From a virus (taxonomy: Duplodnaviria > Caudoviricetes), in IMG/VR virus record IMGVR_UViG_3300013131_000177, positions 1 through 29,799 of that record: a DNA stretch of 29,799 nt; one strand, given 5' to 3'. The notes beneath the pieces are model-generated. The model worked only from the letters and a program-made list of their open reading frames with translations. It was not told the DNA's origin and did not search any database. The first letter of the stretch is position 1. Every line of letters starts with the position of its first letter. Shown in pieces: positions 1 through 7,551 of this stretch. The position numbers and the translations under genes were made by a program.

Positions 1-153
1 GGTGGTGTTGCTGGTGCAACAGCCAAGCGAGTGGATGATGAGGAAGCACCTGCTCCTGTCGTTCGTTCTGCTCCAGCCAAGAAAGTCACTGCTGAAGATG
101 TCACTGTCGAAGATGATGACATGAGTTTTTTTGAAAAACTCGCAGCCGAGTAA
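1..153 (+). CDS. gp32: 3' end of single-stranded DNA-binding protein (T4 gp32-like), partial
   Basis: Frame 1 is open from the window edge and reads ...APAKKVTAEDVTVEDDDMSFFEKLAAE*. This acidic tail (DDxxSxFxKLA) is typical of gp32 in aquatic T4-like phages. Not in the ORF track. Confidence 0.8.
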   Translation, partial: GGVAGATAKRVDDEEAPAPVVRSAPAKKVTAEDVTVEDDDMSFFEKLAAE

Positions 154-181
154 TTTCTTTTAGAAAACCGTAGATGTTTTC

Positions 182-207
182 AGGGGGACTTCGGTCCCCC
201 TTTTTTT
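182..207 (+). terminator. Rho-independent terminator with C(UUCG)G tetraloop
   Basis: AGGGGGAC-TTCG-GTCCCCCT is a perfect 8-bp stem, with a T run at 201-207, just downstream of the gp32 stop. UUCG loops are characteristic of T4-type terminators. Confidence 0.92.
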
Positions 208-2875
208 AGGCGAATCCGACTGAGGTGAACGCAGTTGGGTGAGCAAAGTCTTTTGATATTGCACGATTGAATGTATCATCAGCAAAACGAACATCTGCTT
301 TGACAGAGTTGTCTGATTTTTGCGGTGCTTGTGTATTTCCACCGCCACCACCTCCACCGACTGGCACTGGAACAACAGTTGGAGTTGATGCTGCTGTTTC
401 TCTAGCAGTCGTAACCTCTGCTGTTTGTTGCGCAACCATTTGACCACTAGTTGCTTGAGGCTGCACTGGAGTAGCAGTTGGCGCAGAAGGTTCTGCAGTT
501 GGAGCTGCTTGAACAGGTTGTGATGCTTGAGGTGCTGCAGCAACTGCCCCACCACCCGCTCCACCACCAGATTCTGCGGCTTGAGCCGTTTGTGCTTCCT
601 GTGGTTTTTGACCACCGCCACCAGATGGAACTGATGTATCAGCAATTGCTGCTGGCGGTGGTGCTTCATTCATACTTGCCGCAGGAATATTAGCGGCAGG
701 TGCTGGACCAGTTGCTTGTAATGCTTTTGGATCTTTCTTGTATTCTTCGAATTTAGCAATGCGATCGGGCAAACCAATCGACCCACCATTGATTGCTTTA
801 GTGACTTTTGCAGTATCATTCCCATCAATACCACGATCAATGACTTGTTTCTTATAGAATGCTGCCGCAATATTAGCAGCTGTTGCTAAATCACCAGCCG
901 CTTCTGGATTGCCAACCAAATCAGTTCCAACAATTTTACCAAATTTAGAATAGTTGTCTTTACCAGTTAATTGAATCAATCCACGACCACGATATTTGTA
1001 GCCATCTCCTTCTTGCGTATTACCCATTCTTCCACCATATACACGATTGGCAATAGCAATAGGTGAATATTCTTCAGCAGCTGCAACAGCTGGATCTTTA
1101 TAATATTTTGGAAATATCTGCATTAATCGTTTTGCAGAATATCGAAGATTTTCTTCAACTCGAGTGAAATGCCCAGATTCATGGTCTAATTGTGCCATAA
1201 ATTGAGCCAAATGCGGACCTGTTATTCCAAATTTTTGAGCAGATGCTAATGCTGCATTTTTGGCAGCAGATGGATCCACTTTACCACGACGCGCAGCTGC
1301 AGGTCCAAGTCTTCTTGATGGACCACCAGAAGTTCCACCAGCCATACTTGATCCTTGTCTTGATGCACCAATACCTCCACCTGATGGAGCAGCAACTGAT
1401 GCACCACCATTCGCAGCCGCAGCCATTCCTGCAGCAACACCTCCAACTGGAGCAGCAACTGATGCACCACCACTCGCAGCCGCAGCAGCTGGAGCTGCTG
1501 CTGAAGCAGTACCTGGAGCAGCAGCTGCTGGTGTTGTTGCTGCTGGCGCAGCTGCAGGAGCAGGTTTAACTTCTGCTTTCTTTTCTTTTTCTGATTTATC
1601 GGTTGGTGTAACCTTATCAGGTGATTCAATTGGTTTTTTCAAAAATTTGAATGGCTCGAAAGTGAATCCACCGATTGGACCAAGCGTGAATGGATCGAAT
1701 CCAGGTAAGTCAACTTCCACAGGTCCCATGATTTCTGGGATGTCAAGTTTGATTCCAGTGAGAAAGTCTCGAATCTTATTCCAAATGCTAGTCGCAAGAT
1801 CAGTGACCCACTCAACACCCTTCTTTCCAATATCCCAAACAAATGCAATGGCTTCTTTGATGAATGGAATAGCAAATCCGATTGCACCGCCAATTAACTT
1901 ATAGAATGATTTTAATGAGAATATGTCTAAAATATCATTGATGTCGTCGCTTACACCCGTCACATCTTTCGAAAGTTTATCGAGCTTTTCACCAGTATCA
2001 TCTTTCTTTTCTTGCGGTGCTTCAGTCTCTTTAAGTGTCTGACTCTTTAAATCAGCATCAATTCCTCCTGCTGGAGTTGCTGTTGGTGCCATCGCAGCAC
2101 CTGCTGCTCCTGCTGCTGGCATTGCAGCCTTTGCTTGGACATTGCTTGGAGAAGCAGTTGGCGAAATATTCATTCGCTGTCTTGCAGATTCTTTGCTGAC
2201 AAACTTGCCAGTTTTCTCATCACGATAACGACTGGCTTCTTTTGAATACTTGAGACCTGCTTTCTTCTCAAGTTTACGCATATCCCTTTTAGACTTTGGT
2301 GCTTCTTTGGCTGGGCTGGCGCGAAGTTTATTCGCAATACCATCAACAGAAGATTTGATACCACCTACGATCTCATTAATTTTTTCAGACAATTCATAGA
2401 TCTTTGTAATCTGATCATCGCGAAGTTTTGATTTATCAGATTGCTTCTTTAATCCCTTTGTTGCCTTTGATTTTCCTTCATCCTGCTTATCATCTTTGAT
2501 CTTAAACTTTTCTCGCGCCTTATCAACTTCTTCTTTTGGAACTTTTTTGCCGAAGAGTTTATCAATCATTGCAGCCTGTCGTTCGTCTGCAAGACCGAAT
2601 GCCTTTGCAAACTTACCATAGCGCGATTGAACACCAGACTTTGCGACCTTATATTCTTCTTGAAGATTGTAGGCTTCTTGTAATCCTTTAATACCACCCA
2701 CACTCTGCTTTATAAGCCCACCACCAGCCTCACCCATTTTTTGCTGGATGGCTTCACGTTGCATCTCGAGCAAATTCTGTACTTCTTCCTCTGATCCTTT
2801 TACACGTGTGCGTCGACGCTCGCGGTTCTTTTTCTTTAAACCAGATAAACTTTTTGCGTCTGTTTTTATCTTCAT
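206..2875 (-). CDS. Putative tape-measure/baseplate hub protein (gp29-like position) with a GH19 lysozyme/chitinase-like domain
   Basis: 889 aa. Charged helical N-terminus, an RYRDEKTGKF motif, an amphipathic/hydrophobic stretch (~1762-1935) and Ala/Gly/Pro linkers. GH19 motifs (AQFMAQLDHESG, EENLRYS, GDGYKYRGRGLIQLTGKDNY, VTKAINGG) lie at ~735-1240. Directly follows gp26-gp51. The GH19 call is firm; the tape-measure call rests on synteny and composition. Confidence 0.7.
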   Translation of the reverse strand: MKIKTDAKSLSGLKKKNRERRRTRVKGSEEEVQNLLEMQREAIQQKMGEAGGGLIKQSVGGIKGLQEAYNLQEEYKVAKSGVQSRYGKFAKAFGLADERQAAMIDKLFGKKVPKEEVDKAREKFKIKDDKQDEGKSKATKGLKKQSDKSKLRDDQITKIYELSEKINEIVGGIKSSVDGIANKLRASPAKEAPKSKRDMRKLEKKAGLKYSKEASRYRDEKTGKFVSKESARQRMNISPTASPSNVQAKAAMPAAGAAGAAMAPTATPAGGIDADLKSQTLKETEAPQEKKDDTGEKLDKLSKDVTGVSDDINDILDIFSLKSFYKLIGGAIGFAIPFIKEAIAFVWDIGKKGVEWVTDLATSIWNKIRDFLTGIKLDIPEIMGPVEVDLPGFDPFTLGPIGGFTFEPFKFLKKPIESPDKVTPTDKSEKEKKAEVKPAPAAAPAATTPAAAAPGTASAAAPAAAAASGGASVAAPVGGVAAGMAAAANGGASVAAPSGGGIGASRQGSSMAGGTSGGPSRRLGPAAARRGKVDPSAAKNAALASAQKFGITGPHLAQFMAQLDHESGHFTRVEENLRYSAKRLMQIFPKYYKDPAVAAAEEYSPIAIANRVYGGRMGNTQEGDGYKYRGRGLIQLTGKDNYSKFGKIVGTDLVGNPEAAGDLATAANIAAAFYKKQVIDRGIDGNDTAKVTKAINGGSIGLPDRIAKFEEYKKDPKALQATGPAPAANIPAASMNEAPPPAAIADTSVPSGGGGQKPQEAQTAQAAESGGGAGGGAVAAAPQASQPVQAAPTAEPSAPTATPVQPQATSGQMVAQQTAEVTTARETAASTPTVVPVPVGGGGGGGNTQAPQKSDNSVKADVRFADDTFNRAISKDFAHPTAFTSVGFA
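1385..1486. repeat. 39-bp direct repeat, 2 copies, 63-bp period, in-frame (AAAAxGGASVAAP)
   Basis: TGGAGCAGCAACTGATGCACCACCA[T/C]TCGCAGCCGCAGC at 1385-1423 and 1448-1486, one mismatch. Confidence 0.85.
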
Positions 2876-3099
2876 CGTTTTCTTCTAGTTCGTGTGACTT
2901 TTGCAATATTAGATTTTTGTTGCTGTTGTTGCAACTTAATCCGTTCCTTTTCTTCCTTCAACCAATTCATGAGCATGTTCACGTAGGTCTGACGTTCCCA
3001 CGGCAACATGTTCTCAATGTCGCTCAATGCATACTTATGGTGCTGAATCAAACCAAAGTTACAATTAAAATAATTCGCTAAATTGTCATAACCAAACAT
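2872..3099 (-). CDS. gp51: Baseplate hub assembly catalyst
   Basis: 75 aa with LxNYFxxNFxLxQHHKYxLSDIENMLPWERxxYVxxL, the short gp51 signature. Start overlaps the gp26 stop. Confidence 0.9.
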   Translation of the reverse strand: MFGYDNLANYFNCNFGLIQHHKYALSDIENMLPWERQTYVNMLMNWLKEEKERIKLQQQQQKSNIAKVTRTRRKR

Positions 3100-3824
3100 T
3101 AACCGAAAAAATCGTCGATTCCTTTTACAACGATTGTATGGTTAAAGGAGCACTTGTTACATGTAACTTGCTTTGACGTTTGCACATAAGGTAAAGTCGA
3201 GAAGAATGCCTTAAATCCTTCAAGTTGATCAAGACTTAAAGAACCCAAAAAATCATAAAACTCTTCTTTTGTAAACGATCCAGCCTCATATTTTGAACTA
3301 TCATCAAACACATAATCAAGATGTTCATAAATTAGATCTAAGATATTTTCTAATGTATCAACCTTTGACGCAATAGAAGCAGATATACCAATTGAAGGAT
3401 ACTTGAGTATCATTCCAATCTCTTCAGAGACCATAACTTTATTTGTATGTTCTTCTGGTACTACAACTTCTACTTTATTTAAATCAACTTCAAATACCAT
3501 ACTATTTCCGCATCGTTCTGTTTCAACAATATTCTCACATTTGTATGTGAGTTCTAATGTTTCTCCAACCGAACGAAGTCGAAGATGAATAAAGATCATC
3601 TCCAAATCAAACAGCGGCAAATTCTCAATATCAACTGTCTCATCAAGACAGCAATTATTAATAATTTGTTTTACGGTATCAAGCAACGAAGCCAGATCTT
3701 CTGCCTCCTTTGCCATTAAAAGTAACTTTTCTTCTTTCACTAGAAACGGTCGAAACCTTACCTTTTTGTTCAACGATGTCAAATGCACATCAAATGTAGG
3801 ATAACTAATCTTCGGTAATGCCAT
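3099..3824 (-). CDS. gp26: Baseplate hub subunit/assembly chaperone
   Basis: MALPKI...FRPFLVKEEKLLLMA, FDLEMIFIHLRLRSVGE, Cys pairs and C-terminal GIDDFFG. GGAG RBS upstream. Confidence 0.93.
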   Translation of the reverse strand: MALPKISYPTFDVHLTSLNKKVRFRPFLVKEEKLLLMAKEAEDLASLLDTVKQIINNCCLDETVDIENLPLFDLEMIFIHLRLRSVGETLELTYKCENIVETERCGNSMVFEVDLNKVEVVVPEEHTNKVMVSEEIGMILKYPSIGISASIASKVDTLENILDLIYEHLDYVFDDSSKYEAGSFTKEEFYDFLGSLSLDQLEGFKAFFSTLPYVQTSKQVTCNKCSFNHTIVVKGIDDFFG

Positions 3825-3837
3825 AATCTACTCCATA

Positions 3838-4671
3838 TTAAGCTGTAAATCCTCGATAGCGAGCAAAATTGCGCTCCATAAGTGTCATAGGTGTTTGTTG
3901 TTGAGCGCGAATAGGACCAGCTGGTGTATTTACAACCGATCCAATAGATCCAGTTTCGTTATCACCAACGTTTGGTGCTGATTGCACTGGTGAGACATCT
4001 GGAATTCTAGCATCTGTTCCAAGCGTCAACCAACGATCAAACTTAAAGGCGACAGTTAGACGATGAATTTCGTCTGTTCCCCAATTTAAATTGAGAGCAT
4101 TTACTGTAACAGGAAACGCATTAATTAATGTGCAAGCATAAGTCACATGAGGTTTGCTGTATCTTTCTGGATCCATCGGTGTCATAGTTGAAACTGTTGC
4201 AAGAGTTGGTCTTGTTTCACCAAGTTGAGTTTTGTCTGTTCTCAATGCTTCTTCGCGAGTAAGATCATATATGTCCATTGGCATAAATTCGCTATATTGG
4301 CGAATCACAATATCCGTAACATAATTCATTTTATAGTTTACAAGATACGTTTGTTTCGGAATGATGTTGTTAAGCCATGCATCGAAGAATTTTTTTTCCC
4401 ATAAATTACCAGCGCAAATAAATGTGAGAGTAACATCTCCGAATGATGGAGTTCCTGCAAGCGGAGTTGGTGCTCCAAAGATCTTATTGTCAATCGTGTT
4501 TATCGTATAGCCAGGAAGTTCTGCGGCTTCGCACTGAAGTGAGAGTTGTTCTGACGTTCCCATTCCCATTAAGAACGACGGCACGTTTAAAAGAACATCG
4601 AATTTGGAAGACTTCGAAAATCCGTCTTGAGCATCGAAGTGCGAAATAAATTTGTTTACATTAAATGCCAT
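3838..4671 (-). CDS. gp54: Tail tube-fold protein, probably baseplate-tail tube initiator (gp54-like)
   Basis: LSLQCEAAELPG, EKKFFDAW, DIVIRQY, LINAFPVTVNALNLNW and LTVAFKF fit the gp19/gp54 tube fold. Located between gp2 and gp26. Confidence 0.72.
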   Translation of the reverse strand: MAFNVNKFISHFDAQDGFSKSSKFDVLLNVPSFLMGMGTSEQLSLQCEAAELPGYTINTIDNKIFGAPTPLAGTPSFGDVTLTFICAGNLWEKKFFDAWLNNIIPKQTYLVNYKMNYVTDIVIRQYSEFMPMDIYDLTREEALRTDKTQLGETRPTLATVSTMTPMDPERYSKPHVTYACTLINAFPVTVNALNLNWGTDEIHRLTVAFKFDRWLTLGTDARIPDVSPVQSAPNVGDNETGSIGSVVNTPAGPIRAQQQTPMTLMERNFARYRGFTA

Positions 4672-5219
4672 TACTTTTTATATACCATCTTTTGTGTTGG
4701 TAAGAAGATCGCCGTTTCCCAATTATTAGGCTCAATGTAAATCATAGAAGATACAATATGATTTAGCAAATATCTCTTCAGACAATCTTGAATCAATTTG
4801 TATCTGGTCGACTTCGCAAGTAAATCATATGAAAGGCGAAACTTTGTAGTATCGTCATATTTATCGTTATTGACGAAATCGTGTAGTTTATCTAATAGAA
4901 TCAGACGAGAATATGGATCGAGATAATGCAGGTTTAAACCCAAGAATCCATCTGCATACATCTCGATTGGGATAACGAGAGGAAACTTATCCCAAACAGG
5001 AAGAATATCCTTGAGTTTTGGATCGTAATGATAGGTATACATACGACCGATAAATGCTTTCGGAGAGATTCTTTTGGCATCGTTTAATATGTTCGAACGA
5101 TCAGCTGGCATGCGAAGTTTAGCCAGTTTACCACCGAGCCATGAGCGAGCCTCTGCAGTTCTTGGTCGAATACCAGCCGCAGTCATCTCTCGATTGAGTT
5201 TATCAAATAATGATGCCAT
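4671..5219 (-). CDS. gp2: DNA end protector protein
   Basis: GRMYTYHYDPKLKDILPVWDKFPLV, GFLGLNLHYL, CLKRYL and WETAIFLPT are gp2 motifs. Confidence 0.93.
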   Translation of the reverse strand: MASLFDKLNREMTAAGIRPRTAEARSWLGGKLAKLRMPADRSNILNDAKRISPKAFIGRMYTYHYDPKLKDILPVWDKFPLVIPIEMYADGFLGLNLHYLDPYSRLILLDKLHDFVNNDKYDDTTKFRLSYDLLAKSTRYKLIQDCLKRYLLNHIVSSMIYIEPNNWETAIFLPTQKMVYKK

Positions 5220-5653
5220 TAGATTCCGAGATCGTCTTCAGTTATAACTTGAAACTTCCATTGTCGCGTTTTACAGTATTCAACTGCAGCCTTCCATTTC
5301 GCTTCGTTCACACCCCAAGTCATGACTTCATTAATATACTTTCGTGTAATTTTGCTTTTCTTTTCTGGAGGCTTTGCTTGACTTTTAGGCTTCACCTCTA
5401 GAATCAATCCTTCAGTTAAACCAAGTTTGTTCTTTACTCGAACGAAGAAGTCAGGAAAGTATCGATGCCAACGATTATCTACTGGCGATAAATATGGAAT
5501 AATGATTTCTTCGTTTGACCACTCAATCACACTTGGGTTGGAATCAAGGTGCACCATAACTCGGCGTTCCCAAAGACTTCTATACCAGACGTTTGTGGGA
5601 TCACCTAAATATTTATTGGTATTTTTCGGACTGTATCTACCTGAATAAGCCAT
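5219..5653 (-). CDS. gp4: Head completion nuclease
   Basis: YSGRYSPKNTNKYLGD, YRSLWER, WSNEE, HRYFPDF, EVKP and NEAKWKAA (TnsA-like nuclease motifs of gp4). Confidence 0.95.
   Translation of the reverse strand: MAYSGRYSPKNTNKYLGDPTNVWYRSLWERRVMVHLDSNPSVIEWSNEEIIIPYLSPVDNRWHRYFPDFFVRVKNKLGLTEGLILEVKPKSQAKPPEKKSKITRKYINEVMTWGVNEAKWKAAVEYCKTRQWKFQVITEDDLGI
5605..5611 (+). promoter_or_regulatory. Candidate gp55-dependent late promoter for the gp48 operon
   Basis: CTAAATA inside gp4 (antisense), 72 nt upstream of the gp48 ATG. A second candidate, GATAAATA, is at 5487-5494. Motif match only. Confidence 0.45.
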
Positions 5654-5658
5654 AGATT

Positions 5659-5666
5659 TATTTAGA
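5659..5666 (-). promoter_or_regulatory. Candidate late promoter for the gp4-gp2-gp54 operon
   Basis: Minus strand reads TCTAAATA-AATCT-ATG in the 30-bp divergent intergenic gap. Variant of the T4 late consensus TATAAATA. Confidence 0.65.
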
Positions 5667-5683
5667 CCTCTCGGAAGAACTTA

Positions 5684-6868
5684 ATGTCAACACCACTAAC
5701 GCTGAATAGTGTCTCAAGAACTCTAGATCCAAATGAAGCAAAGGGTCCACTAGCAGTTTTGGCTAAGAATGCATTTGCTAGTACTGATCTTCGATATCCG
5801 ATTAATCTCGGAACAAACAACTTCGAAGGATTACATTATGTGACCTTCTATGTCAATGTGCAAGAAAAATCGTCATATAATGTTCAAGAAAGAACAAATA
5901 TTGGTCCTGTGGCGAATCAAAATCGAGCGAATGATGCCGCCGCAGGTGTGGGTCAAATTTCTTCTGGAAATCAGATTATAAGTGATAGTACAACGGGTCA
6001 ACTATTTGCTGAGGGGGTTGGAGGATTTGCTTTCGGTGCTGCTATTGGTGGTGCTGCTGGATCAATCGCAGCCGAGTTGGGTGGACCTTTGGCTGGGCTT
6101 GCCGCTGCTGGTGTTGGAGGAGCTGTTGGTGGATTGATTGGTGGAACTATTGTAAGTTCTATTGACTTGTCTCGTAAAACAAAAAGACTAAAATCTACCA
6201 TTTCAATGTATATGCCAGATACGATCAATCAGCAAATTATACATGAATATGGTGAGATTTCTATGACAGAAGCACTTGGAATGGTTGGAGCAATTGGACA
6301 GGGTGCAGCAGGTGTTGCATCTTCACTTGAAGGTTTTGTGAAAACAGGCAAGGCAGATCTTAAAGGTGCTGGTGCTGGTTCAATGGCAGAACTTGCTGGA
6401 ACACTTGCTGAAAAGTCTGGAGTGTTTGGTGGTGGAATTAAAGAAGCATTATTGTTCTCAGCAGGATTGGCTCAAAATCCTCAAGTAGAAATTCTCTATC
6501 AAAAGACAGGACATAGAGAGTTCATGTTTGATTTTAAAATGTCAGCCAGAAGCGAAGCCGAAGCTGCAGCAATTCGTAAAATCATTAAAGAATTTAAATT
6601 TCATTCTGCACCTGAGTTACTCAAAGGTTCTTCTGGTCGTTTCTTTATCCCACCAGCTGAGTTTGACATTAAATTCTTTTATAATGGCAAAGAAAATACA
6701 AATATTCATAAGATATCCTCATGCGTTTTGATCGGCATCGATGTTAACTATGCAGCTGCGGGTCAATGGACTACATTCGCTGATGGTATGCCTGTTGACA
6801 TTTCCATGCAATTGCGATTTAAAGAGCTCGAACTTATGCATAAGGGTCGTATCGAGGAAGGTTATTAA
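5684..6868 (+). CDS. gp48: Baseplate tail tube cap
   Basis: LRYP, ISMYMPD, NPQVEILYQKTGHREFMFDFKM, IIKEFKFH, FFIPPAEFDI, CVLIGIDVNY, GMPV and LRFKELE match gp48. Confidence 0.9.
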   Translation: MSTPLTLNSVSRTLDPNEAKGPLAVLAKNAFASTDLRYPINLGTNNFEGLHYVTFYVNVQEKSSYNVQERTNIGPVANQNRANDAAAGVGQISSGNQIISDSTTGQLFAEGVGGFAFGAAIGGAAGSIAAELGGPLAGLAAAGVGGAVGGLIGGTIVSSIDLSRKTKRLKSTISMYMPDTINQQIIHEYGEISMTEALGMVGAIGQGAAGVASSLEGFVKTGKADLKGAGAGSMAELAGTLAEKSGVFGGGIKEALLFSAGLAQNPQVEILYQKTGHREFMFDFKMSARSEAEAAAIRKIIKEFKFHSAPELLKGSSGRFFIPPAEFDIKFFYNGKENTNIHKISSCVLIGIDVNYAAAGQWTTFADGMPVDISMQLRFKELELMHKGRIEEGY

Positions 6869-7551
6869 TGGCTAATCTCGGTTATTTCAATTATTTTCCA
6901 AAGTTGGTATATACTTTTGACAAGAATACTATCAACAATCAAGCTGTCACGAATATTTTTGCGCGATCTGCATTCTTAAAAGAAATTGCCGACAACTCAG
7001 CAATTTATTTTGAGTATGAGGTGCAGGAATCAGATACACCAGAGATTATTGCACATAAGATTTACGGCAGCGCGTTTCGCTCTTGGCTTGTTTTGTTATT
7101 CAACAAATACATAAACCCATTATATGACTTTCCAATGAAGTCTGTAGTTCTAGATGAGTATGTAAAGAACAAATATGATCAAACACTCACGCAAGCACAA
7201 ACAACGATTCATCATTATGAACAAGAAATTACAAAAACTATAACATTTAATGGTGTGGGGTTTTATGAGTCATCAACCACCTCTGTAATTTCAGATAAAG
7301 AATATAATTTTGTGACTGAGACTTTAGTTGATCGCACAGTTCCAGGAACCGCCGATACTTCCGTTACAGTAAGCACTGAGCAAAACACACTTGCAAACGG
7401 TCAAGTAGCAACCATTGTAACTCGAAATAAAGCAGTGTCAAATTATCAGTACGAAGTCAACGAGAATGAAAAGCGCAGAAAGATAAAACTACTTGATCCT
7501 GCGTATGTAACTCGAGTTGAACAAGAATTTAAACAATTAATGAGTCAGTGA
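6868..7551 (+). CDS. gp53: Baseplate wedge subunit
   Basis: YFNYFP, LysM-like DTPEIIAHKIYG...WLVLLFN, IHHYE and YEVNENEKRRKIKLL. Confidence 0.92.
   Translation: MANLGYFNYFPKLVYTFDKNTINNQAVTNIFARSAFLKEIADNSAIYFEYEVQESDTPEIIAHKIYGSAFRSWLVLLFNKYINPLYDFPMKSVVLDEYVKNKYDQTLTQAQTTIHHYEQEITKTITFNGVGFYESSTTSVISDKEYNFVTETLVDRTVPGTADTSVTVSTEQNTLANGQVATIVTRNKAVSNYQYEVNENEKRRKIKLLDPAYVTRVEQEFKQLMSQ

Noticed and set aside
163-181. Small hairpin GAAAAC-N7-GTTTTC next to the terminator
   Set aside because: Only 6 mostly A-T pairs and no U tract; likely chance.
160-2364. Alternate-frame and antisense ORFs within the 889-aa gene (e.g. 160-669, 1243-1569, 1246-1629, 1260-1904)
   Set aside because: Gln/Leu-rich or Ala-rich shadows of GCA/GCT/CCA codon runs in the real gene, with no recognisable motifs.
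5219-5653. TnsA-like nuclease as evidence of a transposon
   Set aside because: This is the standard gp4 head completion protein in its normal context next to gp2.
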